NCBI RefSeq assembly: GCF_026571515.1
Contig: NW_026851725.1
Coordinates: forward strand, 1 to 64,000
Length of the DNA stretch: 64,000 nucleotides
Reading direction: 5' to 3'
Origin: Ruditapes philippinarum
Lineage: Eukaryota
Made by a program: the position numbers and the translations under genes
In this document: one piece after another, positions 53,201 to 64,000 of the stretch
Layout: the number at the start of each line of letters is the position of its first letter
How positions within the stretch are numbered: position 1 is the stretch's first letter
The notes under the pieces: model-generated
Seen by the model: only the letters and a program-made list of their open reading frames with translations
What the model was told of the DNA's origin: nothing
The model's database searches: none

Positions 53201-56200
53201 TCTGCAGGAATAATTCATCTGAACAACAATTTATGGAATAGTTACAGTCCATTTAGATACATAAGTGTGCTTCAATATGAATGGTCTATGTAAAAATATA
53301 AACCAAACATGTACTTACGTTGGATCAGCACGAGCCTCCTTCGCTATGTAGTTTTGTGAGGTATATGATATAAGCTCCAGTCCCATCACACTTAATGCTT
53401 TATCTATCACTTGTACAGAAAAGAACCCGCTGTCATCAAAATTATTGGACGGTTGCTGTAAAAAAACAAAACAGGACACCTGTTAAATATCTCATTGGAG
53501 CACTGATACATGTACATGAAAGTTATGTAAGTTTAGAATAACACATGCATATTATTTATTAATACTGCCATCCCATTATATGGCACCCTATTTTAACTGT
53601 CGTGGCTCATCCAGGAGGGTTGTTCTGGCAAAACCTTTCTGTGTATAACAATTTCGCTCTCCCGATATATCAGAGAGAAGTCATTTGCCAAATCCCAATA
53701 TATCCAAGAAAAGTCAAGTTCACCAGAAAAATTGAGTCCAAATTAAAGTTTACTCAGCAATGATTATGTCATGTAGAATTTCAGTATCTAAATAAATGTG
53801 GACTACTAACATTAGCCAATCATAGCTTCATGAAAAAAAATCTTATTTTTAATTGATCACAAGACTGCATCTTTATAACTTGTGCTTTATCATGTTTTAT
53901 ACATTCACATAGTTACAGGTGAACAAAAATATTTTCTAAAACAATATTATTTACTTATTTCAAATAATATGATGATGAGGGTTTTATGTCAGAACCTCAA
54001 TTTATATCACGGTTATATAACGACTTATTAAGACCAAAAGCCCAAATTTGAGCATTATACAGTAATAGCCCCTATTCAAATTATATGTACATGTATACCT
54101 GGCATTCCAGAACTAGAATGAGGCTTAATTGTCATGAATGTTATTAAGTAAACACACTGAATACTCTTATCTTGTAAAACATATTGCTTGAATGTCTAAT
54201 GTTTAAATTGTCATTGTTGTGTGCCTGTGTGCAATTTTGATGCTAGATATCATTCCACAACTTAACATACATGTATGCTGCTTTTTTTTACAATTTATTA
54301 ATATTTTATAGGATAAACAAATGATAAAAACAATTACAAAACATGACAATTTTGCTTTTTACACTATTCACAGATGGTCTTTAACACAGGTTAGACTGTA
54401 TTACATAGAAGAAACCACAGAAGCTGGAAAAATAAAGCTGCTTCATAAAAAATGTTAAAAGTCAGTCATTGTGTTATGTGTACCTTTATAAAATGCTGAT
54501 ACCCCTCTGTTTCTGTACCCCCCTCTGCCATTTGCTGTCTTTCTGACTCATCTAGCTGTCTACCAATGTCTGCTAGATCTACAGCAGAGAAATATGGACC
54601 TTGAAGCAGTGCATTCAGACAATGCTGAGCACATAGTGATCCTTCTTGCTGAAAGAAGAAAAAGAATTTAATATCAAATTACCATGGTAGTCTTGAGTCA
54701 CTCTATTACAATAGCCATTTCAGACTTCTCACCAACAAGTTTCTTTTTATATAAAATTGTGCATTTTATGTATATATTTGGTGACAGGGTTTCCACTTAA
54801 GTTACAAAGGTTTTCTGTCTTTCTGATGCAGGTTTTTGGTTGCAGAACATTTTCCACCAGGGGTTTATCCCAAGGACTCAAAAAATCAGCGTATATCCCA
54901 TTAAGGACCCCCAAAATCAGCAACAGTTTCATAATTTCCATTCCTCAACAGCCAATGATTTTGGTAATTTTGTATGAATAAAATTAGATTTTTTGTATCA
55001 TTTATGCACTTTCTCTATCAAAATACCCTTGTTTACAAGCTCCACATGTTATTTCTAAGACGAATGTCCCTGAAATATAAGCCTTGTAAAAATAAGAAGC
55101 TTCTTATTGCAATGGGTTTATAATATTAGTTTAAATACTTCACAACAAAATTAGGGGGGGATTTTATATTGTTGAATATCTTATAGTTAATATCATTCAG
55201 AAGCACTGGCACATTTTTTGTGCTAGGCAAATAAAGCAGATTTCAAATACTGTGTACTCAAGTTTATCAATGGGACTTCATGTACTTAGAATGTAATATT
55301 TATGCAAGTTACTGGGACTATCATTTTGTGCTAGAAGACAGATATATCTAGGGTAAACATATTACTAAGAAAAAGTTTTGGCTAACTGGACAGGTAAATA
55401 CACCTAGTCAATTCTTTAATAGTACTTAAGCAGGAATCATTCAACAGGTCTAGTATATCGCAGGTGCATGATGCACATATTGGTATATAATACACAAATT
55501 GATGTATTTAATCATAGTGATACACTGATTTGTGAATAAAAATTTTGATAATTGCGTTTCTGTAAATAATTAATGGTTTATTTATAATCATGTTTTGGCA
55601 CCTGCACATAACATTGGTAATAGTCTGTTTTATTGACAAAGAAGAAACATAACTTCTGATCTACATGAACTCCAGGAGATTTTAATGTTTTCATCCACTG
55701 AAAAATTGTAACTTTCAGACATAAATTCATTTCCATATTTCATATCTAGTTATTATTCTGATCAGGTATACTCAGTCTTAAAATTGTCTCTTGACTGGAA
55801 AGTAAAATAATAACCACTTCCAATTTTTGGTTATTAGTGTATCATGCAGATTTTTTTTTTAAAAAGTGCAAGAATTGCCAGTGTTTACACCAATATCTTT
55901 AGTTTTAAGATATTTCTATGAATATTATCTATAGTAAGTGCGGTGCCACTATTCACACTGCTATATTATCAAAATAATGGGTCTTCAAAAATTTGAATGA
56001 TAGTCTGGTACATCAATTGGTGCATCACAAAATACACCAATTACTGCATCATACACATACTGGTGCTTCATGCACTTATTTGGTGATATATACTAGTCCA
56101 ATAGATTAGACGTTACAGGCTTGTTATAGTTTTATGTTGGTCAAGCCTGACGTCTAATAGTTATTGCTCAAAAACGCGTAGCATTTTGAAAATTAAAAAA

Positions 56201-57179
56201 AAAATGTCTGTTGACTTGCCTTTCAAGCTTTATTCAAAAGCTTATCTTCTGTTCTTTCAAATGCATGGTCTATCATTAACAAAAACTTTCAAACAATGTA
56301 CTTATCAATTGAAAATAAAATATACATATCAGTCTATTTCGCTCATCGGCCATACTGGTTAAGTAAAGTGTTTTACAGATTGATTCCAATTTTTTGAACG
56401 GAAAAATATATTCGAACACACTGATGGTGCATGGGCAATTATTTCGTTGAAAAAATATTCTGTTAGAAACTTCTGGACTCATTTAAACGCTTGCATTTGA
56501 ATTAGCCAAGCAGATTTCGCGCACTGTATGGCGGCCATTTGTATATTGGCTGTACAAGGAATTTAATTAAATGAGAGGATTTAATCATGACTTTTCGGAT
56601 GTGACAGTTCAATTATTTTGTTAAAAGGTATTTATTTTTTAGTTTTGTTCATAAATAGGTCAAAATTAATGTGAATACACGCTGTTTTAATTCATTAGAT
56701 CTAAATCGATGTCTAATGTCAATTTTTTTGCTACACGATTTTGCAAAGATCTGTTAAGACCTAACGTAACATGGATAATGAAAAATGTAAAATATCAGAT
56801 TAATGAATGATAAATATGAAATAGGTTACGTATAGGTCTTATAATTAGGACTAGATATATACTAGACCTGTTCAAGTGATTTAGCAAATACTTTTTTTCA
56901 GGACTTGAGGGCTGGGTTTATTCTTGTCATCTTAGTTACTGTTACTATATCCTGTGCCAAAAATCAGGCAATTTATATAATGTACTAATAGAACTTTAAA
57001 TTACACTCTACAGTACTGTATTATTAATTCAAAACATATCCGAAATACTGATTATCCGAAAATACATCTGCTCAGCAGTTATAAAAAAATCACTTAAAAG
57101 AAGACAGTTATCATCAACAATTGGCGGTAGAATGTTAGGAAAATCATTTAATAACCTTTTCGTGAAAAATAGCCTCCAT
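47251..57179 (-). CDS. ATXN3: Ataxin-3 (Josephin deubiquitinase), 7 coding exons, 388 aa
   Basis: Exons 57156-57179 (MEAIFHEK), 54484-54648 (QEGSLCAQHCLNALLQG), 53319-53455 (NFDDSGFFSVQVI), 50729-50883 (EHWLTVRK..WFNLNSLLTGPELISDTYL), 50072-50332 (GYSIFIVIGDL, UIM1, UIM2), 48456-48818 (VCP-binding DEMRQKRLAFL), 47251-47312 (UIM3 SEEEMLKQAIAMSM*). All phases match and the Cys-His-Asn triad is intact. Confidence 0.97.
49808..50087 (-). repeat. 35-bp minisatellite; each unit is the last 16 nt of ATXN3 exon 5 + splice donor; 7 extra copies
   Basis: Minus-strand unit CAGATGAGTATGGAAG|gtaattagataaacaatta. Plus-strand TTACCTTCCA-type copies at 49821, 49856, 49891, 49926, 49961, 49996, 50031; true donor at 50068-50071. 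Confidence 0.95.
51600..53174 (+). mobile_element. Full-length Tc1 transposon in ATXN3 intron 3
   Basis: 26-bp TIRs CACTAAACAAAATAAAATAGGGGTCA / (rc) TACTCAACAAAATAAAATAGGGGTCA, flanked by TA at 51598-99 and 53175-76. Confidence 0.93.
51903..52931 (+). CDS. Tc1-family DD34E transposase, 342 aa
   Basis: N-terminal HTH region with GSGRLR (GRPR-like), FTDESKF, VMVWAGI, MDDNATAH, SPDFNPLEHAW; 34 residues between the second D and E. Confidence 0.95.
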   Translation: MPRRHLTRDEAAQALGRLLAGQSQRQVAQAHNTNQSVIQRLWTRYLATRSAFRRTGSGRLRATSARNNRAMVVMAKRKCFDSAVSLNRDFARATNVNISVQTYRNRLHEANLRARRPTVRVPLTPRHRVNRLAFARDHQNLRLRQFRHILFTDESKFCLDFHDGRRHVWRQRNERFRDCCIVEHDQWGSGSVMVWAGISYDGRTDLHVFMNGSVTGQRYRDEILAQYVVPYAGAVGQEFILMDDNATAHRARIVNAFLDEQGIERMYWPARSPDFNPLEHAWDILQRRVKARIPQPSTRIELANALVQEWALVPLADIRTLIRSFPTRIQELIRARGGHTHY

Positions 57180-58634
57180 TTGCAGTTAAATGATTTTAAA
57201 ATATCACTCGTTATGAAAATAACAAAATAATTGCAGATCGGCGTGCTTGATTATTTATAGAAATATCAAATGGAACAATATTCAACCCATAGATGAGAAC
57301 TAGCATCCTTAGCAAAAATATCTGGTTTACAAATTAATTAGAACAAGTTTTAAAGATCAGTTGCTTGAAACATTTATAATGACTACAAATACTCCAGTAG
57401 TATATCTAAAATTGTAAATGATTTTAATTAGCAAACTATGTTACCCTACTCTACAAAATCCAACACAATCTTGTAAGGGTTGACCGTTACTATCTGACAC
57501 CCACCAGAAACCTGAACTATATGTACCTAATACAATACCCAAAGACACAATAGCACTCCTATTTATTTTATCCCAGAAGTATTCAAATGTTGAATGGCCT
57601 ACCCGTGTCATTACAAGCTAGTCAGCTAAATTTTACAAAATTGTTACATAGTGATTAAAGTGTATACATGTAAAGAATTTTAGAAGTGGTTTGTCAATAA
57701 ATTACCTATTACTATCAAACAATGTTCGACTTTACAATCTTTCAAAAACAACTGTAAAATTTATTTTCTTAGTTTACAGTTAGATACATGATGAAAATTG
57801 ACCACTTTATATTTTGATTGTTGTAAATGTTGATATCATCCTTTTTGCCATTATCTTATTAAAATCATCACAATTTATCTATAATTACTATAATTAATAT
57901 GAGTGTCAGTCGGATGAATGAATAATAATATGTAACCTTTACATTCCAGAATATATATATATTTTGTTTTGTTTATACAAACATATTTTAAATTTTGTAT
58001 AGATCTACATTTTTTCTTTGTTATTGTTAATTTAGAAGGCCATATACTGAAAATAAGTATACTTCTTACTGTGTAAACTTTGTATGTTACCTTCTATAAA
58101 TAAAGATTATTATTTATGATACAATGCTTGTCAGCATTCGACGACGGATTGAAAACGCCAACATACATATGTACAAGAGACTCCAACTTTTTCATGTACA
58201 TTTGAAGATGAATATGGTTTTAAGCATATAGCTAAAATATATCCTCCAATTAAAACTAACAGTTGCTCCAAAATGATAGCTTCAATATAATTATCTATGA
58301 ATTATTTCATTAATAATGGTATACATCTACTAGCTTTCAGTTTTCGCAAATTAATGCAGCTTTCTTTAATTTCAACTTATAGTTTGATAAAAATCTGAAA
58401 AGGCATTAACAGCCACATTTTTATAATTTACATTTGTAGTACTAAATATGAAGCAACAAAAAAATTACCTGTAGATTTGGTGAGCCATATGTTGCCATTG
58501 AATTTCTCCGTTTTGAAGCCTTGCAGCAAGCTCAAATAGCAAGCAAATTTCCATCTTTTTCATTTTTTTCTATCCATGTAAATGTTCTTTTCCATTCAGG
58601 TTTTCAGGCATTCCTTTCCCATTTCAAGTTATTT

Positions 58635-58791
58635 NNNNNNNNNNNNNNNNNNNNNNNNNNNNNNNNNNNNNNNNNNNNNNNNNNNNNNNNNNNNNNNNNN
58701 NNNNNNNNNNNNNNNNNNNNNNNNNNNNNNNNNNNNNNNNNNNNNNNNNNNNNNNNNNNNNNNNNNNNNNNNNNNNNNNNNNNNNNNNNNN
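58635..58791. other. Assembly gap (N run)
   Basis: About 157 N characters. Confidence 1.
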
Positions 58792-60479
58792 CAGGAACTT
58801 TTATAGATTTAAGTTTTATATGCATCCGAACCCGTATACGTATTTATATAAATCAAAGGACTGCAGGCTCTGTGGTATTTTCTGATCTTTGCAATCTTAA
58901 TCGTACTGTATATCTGTATGTATTTTTCTGTACAAGTTTATTTTCATATACTATAATTCATCTTGCAGGGCACCAGGATGCAGCGATTTTACTATAACAG
59001 TTTGAGTTTCATTTATACGGAATTTTGCATGACTAGAGTGGCATCAAAAATCATTTATGTTCCTTTTTTGTGACAGCCACTTTATCCTTGCAGATCTGTG
59101 AAGTCGCTCTGAAGTTCGGTAATCGATCGCTAAAAATAGCATTTTCATTGATTAAAATGATATTCATCTGCGTAATTTGTGATTGTGCATTTACTGACAA
59201 TTCTATAAGTCAATGCTACTTAAAATTTCATACCTTGAATGCGTTGTAATTTGTTAGATACTTGTAACAAAATAAAAATATTTCTTTCTTTTACATCGCA
59301 AGTTTTTTAAAAGCTGTTTTGAGAACTACTTGTTGCTATGTTTGTCGTGAAGAAATTTAATGTTAGCATTCTATTTCTTAATCTGCGATCAGAAAATACA
59401 AAAATATATGTATCTTCTAGAAAAGCAGTCTAAAATATGTTCTCAAAATATTATAATTCTTTCAAGAATAAGAGAATTTTATTTAATTGGAATGATTTAT
59501 TTTCCATTTAAATATAATCAATAATTTTTGGGGAAAGTCTATTCAACGTTTTCGAAGGCCTGTTAATATTTGCATTATTAATTCAATATCAACGTCGTTT
59601 TTTCTGTGATAATGCAAAACTACTGTGATAATAAGATTCTAAGATTAATTTGTAGTTTTTTTCATTGTCTATTTTTATTTGACAAATGAATGTCTCCCAG
59701 GTTTCATCTTGTTTCCATCTATTTGGTTAACAGGACCCCATTGGAAATAAGCACACCAGCTACATGTAAATGGGATATCCTTGTAACCAAAGACACTCTT
59801 AAACAAAACCATTGTATTGAAATTTTATTATTATCATTTATTTATTTTCTTTTAAAATCTAGGTTTAACTATTTAGTTTTTATATATCATGTCTATCAGT
59901 AACTTTAAACAATATTCTGTGCTAATTATAATTCTGACTTGTTGTAGTCTTAATCTGAACCGTGATTTTTTTTTTTTTTTGATAATTTTATCCAATGCCT
60001 CATCTGATTTTAGTCATTAACATAATTTATTTAATTTACTTTTTATATGAAATGATATTTTAATTTGTTAAACTGTTATTTTATATATATGTATATCTTA
60101 TTATGTAACTGTGATCTATGTTGTTGTAAAAATAAAATAGATAAAAAAAAATCGTCTGTATATAGTTGTGGCATGCGGCAACTGTTGATTGTTGTTCGAT
60201 TAATTCATTTAACGCGCTGTTGAGCAATGATAAAAAACAAACGTATCAGGATTATCGACCCAATAATATTCGAACCAATGTAAACTTCTTTTTCAGTTTA
60301 AATATGTATAGAATAGAAATAAAATAGATGCAATTAAATGTAATCAGGTATTCAAAACAGTTTTATTTTTTTTAAGAATTAAAGTTTTCTTACATTCCTT
60401 GTTTCAGAAATTATTATTGAACTAATGAAAAATTGTCGAATCAGATCGAAATTTCTTTAGGGCGAAATGTTTGACAGCA

Positions 60480-60513
60480 ACATGCTGTTTCCGGTATTTT
60501 GTAAACTATCAAG
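60480..60513 (+). promoter_or_regulatory. Candidate ESF1 promoter / non-coding first exon
   Basis: ETS-like TTTCCGGT at ~60487, donor AAG|gtaatt at 60514, and an acceptor ttttgtttaag at 62337 just upstream of the ESF1 ATG. Confidence 0.45.
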
Positions 60514-60648
60514 GTAATTTATTTTATTGCAGTTGACACGTCTTAGACGAATTAAAAAGGCTGTTTATCATTTTCACGAGTTTCTGATATTTAGTAAGTT
60601 CATTCTCCTTGTATTAAGATGCTAGTTTAAATCAAACACTGTTAAACA

Positions 60649-60832
60649 CAGTGTCTATTCTAGGAGGGGCGATGGGGGGATTCACCCATATTTTTGAGAA
60701 TTCACCCCTATTTTTTGAGAGGGAGGGGGAAAATTTTACATAGACAAAGAAGGAAAAAGATCAACAAATGTAATAATCTCTCACTATTCGATAAAAATCC
60801 CCCCTATTTTTCGAATCCTAGAATAAACACTG
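60649..60832. mobile_element. Small hAT-like MITE with 5-bp TSD
   Basis: TIRs CAGTGTCTATTCTAGGA / TCCTAGAATAAACACTG; AAACA duplicated at 60644-48 and 60833-37. Confidence 0.7.
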
Positions 60833-62377
60833 AAACAGTATCTGATAGCCTGTATGGTTAACAGGTTAACTTTTAAATAACTGTACTGTAGATCTAGCCC
60901 AACTTTTTGTGCGCCAGGGCTTTATATTATATTTAATGGTCGACCTTGGTAAAGATCAACATCTAGGTATGTAAGTTTGTAAAAGCGATCGGTCTTGCAG
61001 TCAAAATATTGGGACTAGGATAAATGTAGTTCTGGCTTCCAAAGCTTTATAAGCCGCCAATTAGCATTTTTGTTTTTCATCTGATGCGGCATTTTGGATT
61101 AGACCCATTAGTTACGAAACCTAACCAGAATAACATAAGTTGATTTGACCTTAATTATTTTTCACTTACAAATACCCATGTCCCAATCGATTCTTGTGCA
61201 TTTTACGATAAAACAATTATATTAATATCGTTTACCATTTAAAGTATCAAAATATTAATACCGTCATTAAAATTGCTTATTTAATTGTAAAACATCAATT
61301 ACGCCAAGGTCAAGGTGGTAACTTTTTTTTTTTTCGAAAAATAAAAACTACAAGAGTTTCAAGTTGAACATTTACATGCATACACTATATGGCAAGGACA
61401 TTTAAAATCAATATAACTATAAGCATTTTTACATTTTTAAACTTAAACAATCTAACAAATGTACAGAGAAATATAACAATATTTGTATTTTGTAAGGTAT
61501 ACATTTTATTCAGTCAAAAATATATTAAAACAATGAATATTTATATATCACCATAATTTGATTACATCTCACACGTTTCACCTTCATTATATGAAACAAA
61601 AACTGGATGGGGGAGGGGGTTGAAGTGTCTGAAAAAATTGGCTTGCTGTGAAATGTCTGAGAGATGAACTGTCTGTAAATCGTATAATGCAAGTTCAAGA
61701 GTAATTAACTTCAAGTCTTGTCATTAGCCAGATGTTCGTTGTTAATTGAAAAGGCAATTTTCTTTTGGATCTGTGGGTGTTTTAAGCAAAATTTAAATTG
61801 TTTTCTCCCAATAAAAGAAATATATTGTGTATTTTTGAACAAATAGTTTGCTAATACACTGTCAGCTAAGTGAATATAAACTAAAAGTTTAAAGAACTAA
61901 AACAGAACCAATCAGATTCTGTAAACTGTTGGTGCCACATACATGTACTTGTCAGTTGTAGATAGTTGTTCAGAAGTTCAGCATCCCAAAATAAACTATA
62001 ACAAGTGCATTATATCTAATATTTTGGACAATGGAGATACCATGCTATATATCATTAAAATTAGACATTTTGTATTTATAATTCATATGACAAATTTAGA
62101 GAATAAAAAATTGACTTCACAAAAATGGTTCGCTTTATAACATTTTAGAATTACTCTAACATGGTCATCTATACATGTAGGATTCTGCAACAGTTATTTG
62201 TTTAGTTTATTAATTTTAGTTAATACTTCAAGAAAGCAGGGATTGGAATCGGTACAATCAAAGATGTAAACATTGTCAAATTCTGAAGAATAGAAAAGCC
62301 TAGTTTAAAGCTAATTGTACTGTTTCTTTTGTTTAAGGTACATTGTATTGTGAAAATCACAGCTTAACAAAGCAAAG

Positions 62378-64000
62378 ATGGATGACATATCAAAGGACAA
62401 AAGGTTTGCACATGTGACCAAAGATCCGAGGTTTCGTAAAATGCCAGTGGGACAGAGAAAGGTCAAGATTGATGATAGGTTTAAAGGAATGTTTAAGGAT
62501 AAAAGATTTAAGCTGAAATATTCTGTAGATAAAAGAGGCAAGCCAGTCAATCTCACAACTGATGAACACCTTAAGAAATATTATGAGTTGTCAGATGAAG
62601 AAAGTTCTGACAGTGATGAAAACATTGATGACAATTCAAATGATACTGACCTAGATAAACACAGTAATAAAGTTCAAGATGCACCAAGGGTAAAGAAAAG
62701 GACTACTAAAGAGGTTGATAGTGGTAAAAAGGCTCTCAACAAAAAATCTGTGAAGAAAGTCTCGTTGAAAAGCAAGAATATTTCTAATGTAGGTGAAAAT
62801 GTATCTGACTCAGATAGTGACATTGGTTCAGATAGTAAGAGAACAGATACAGGTAAAGGAATTATCAAATCAAAAGTCCAGTCAAAATTTCTCAATACTG
62901 CAAATAAAGTCAATAAAGACAAAGGGAAGAAGAGGATTTCTGAAGACATTGATGATGAATCAGATGATGACTCAGAGGAGGGTTCTGAAGACAATTCTTC
63001 AGATGAAGATTCTGATATTGAGGAGAGAAAGACAGTGGGTAGGTATTAGCAATAACAACCTTGCCTTTGTACTTTCACTTTGCTAAAATTCCATTTAAAT
63101 ATATACCAGAAAGATACCTTAATATTTCAGGTATAGATTTTAGTCTTATTTGACAGAAGTAATTGTTGTAGAAGCAGAGAAATTGTCTGCTAGATTTTTC
63201 AAACAATGTTTGTTAAGTTTGTTGTCTTAAAGTTACTAAATTTTAATTGCTTTGAGTTCAGAACTCATTGAAGTAGGACTAAAGATTCTTTTATTTGAAC
63301 ACGCTATATGTCAAGCTTACAGAAGGCATGCAGAATCCAGTTTGTAGCAGAAATAATGCTCGGAAGAGGTCTGCTATAATGTAATTATATGACTATTATC
63401 AGTATTTATTTGAATTGAAATAATGAATTATGTACATGTACATTAAAGGGAATGATAGTGGTGTAGACTTTGCAAGAGGTGAAGGAAATGTCTACAGTAG
63501 CTCTAGCGATGATGACGATGATGATGATGGTAATGATAATGAGAGGGGTGGTGAAATTGATGACAAGGATGTTTCAAGTAAGTGCTTGATTTCGTATTTT
63601 CTGTATATATTTAATTTATAAAATAAATCTAGTAAGTTGAAATATTTTAATTTAAATTAGAGAGAATATAATTGTATTTTTCATTAGAAGTTATGACAAT
63701 TTCTTTCTTTGTGTAAAAGTGGGAAAAAGATTTACGCAGAGTAAGTAGAATTACTTGTAATATAACATTAGAATTATCCAATGACAATCAACTGTAAGGC
63801 TGTGCAGTATTATAATACATTATATGATATGTTGTTGCAGAGTTTGATCATAAATGGGGAGAAACAGATGATACTGTTATATCTATGGAAGAGGCTACAT
63901 ATCGTCTGGCAGTGTGTAATATGGACTGGGATAGAATGAAAGCCAAGGATATCTTTGTGCTCCTGAACTCTTTCAAACCTTCTAATGGAATTATCAAGTC
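62378..64000 (+). CDS. ESF1: ESF1 nucleolar pre-rRNA processing protein, 5' part (runs off the window)
   Basis: Exons 62378-63038 (DKRFAHVTKDPRF..KVKIDDRFKGMF..VDKRG), 63449-63577 (DFARGEGN) and 63841-end (TYRLAVCNMDWDRMKAKDIFVLLNSFKP), all phase 1. Confidence 0.95.

Noticed and set aside
745-57179. Linkage of two human neurodegeneration genes (PSEN, ATXN3) as a functional cluster
   Set aside because: Nothing in the sequence indicates co-regulation; ordinary synteny or chance suffices.
58469-58634. Possible ATXN3 non-coding first exon (donor at 58468)
   Set aside because: No convincing acceptor upstream of the ATG at 57179, and the region abuts an N gap.

Overview
AT-rich, intron-containing animal DNA; the repeat families suggest a bivalve mollusc (inference). 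Host genes read directly from the sequence: presenilin (minus, 745-11667, many 1-nt indels) head-to-head with CCDC167 (plus, 14847-16681), an orphan 324-aa ORF, a frame-broken ankyrin-repeat gene, ataxin-3 (minus, 47251-57179, intact, no polyQ) and the 5' part of ESF1 (plus, from 62378). Mobile DNA is dense: an IS3EU-type foldback, a three-layer nest (MuDR-like element containing a CACTA-like element containing an inverted copy of itself), Merlin-, MuDR- and hAT-like non-autonomous elements with readable target-site duplications (TSDs), tRNA-SINEs, a Helentron-type element, a decayed DIRS/Ngaro retrotransposon and an intact DD34E Tc1. The most unusual signals are: (1) tandem arrays whose unit is an exon-intron junction, giving 12 extra splice acceptors in presenilin and 7 extra splice donors in ataxin-3; (2) a type III hammerhead-ribozyme motif at 27686-27776; (3) strong enrichment of TACATGTA, the classic Tc1 excision footprint. 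Coordinates were read by eye and may be off by a few bases.
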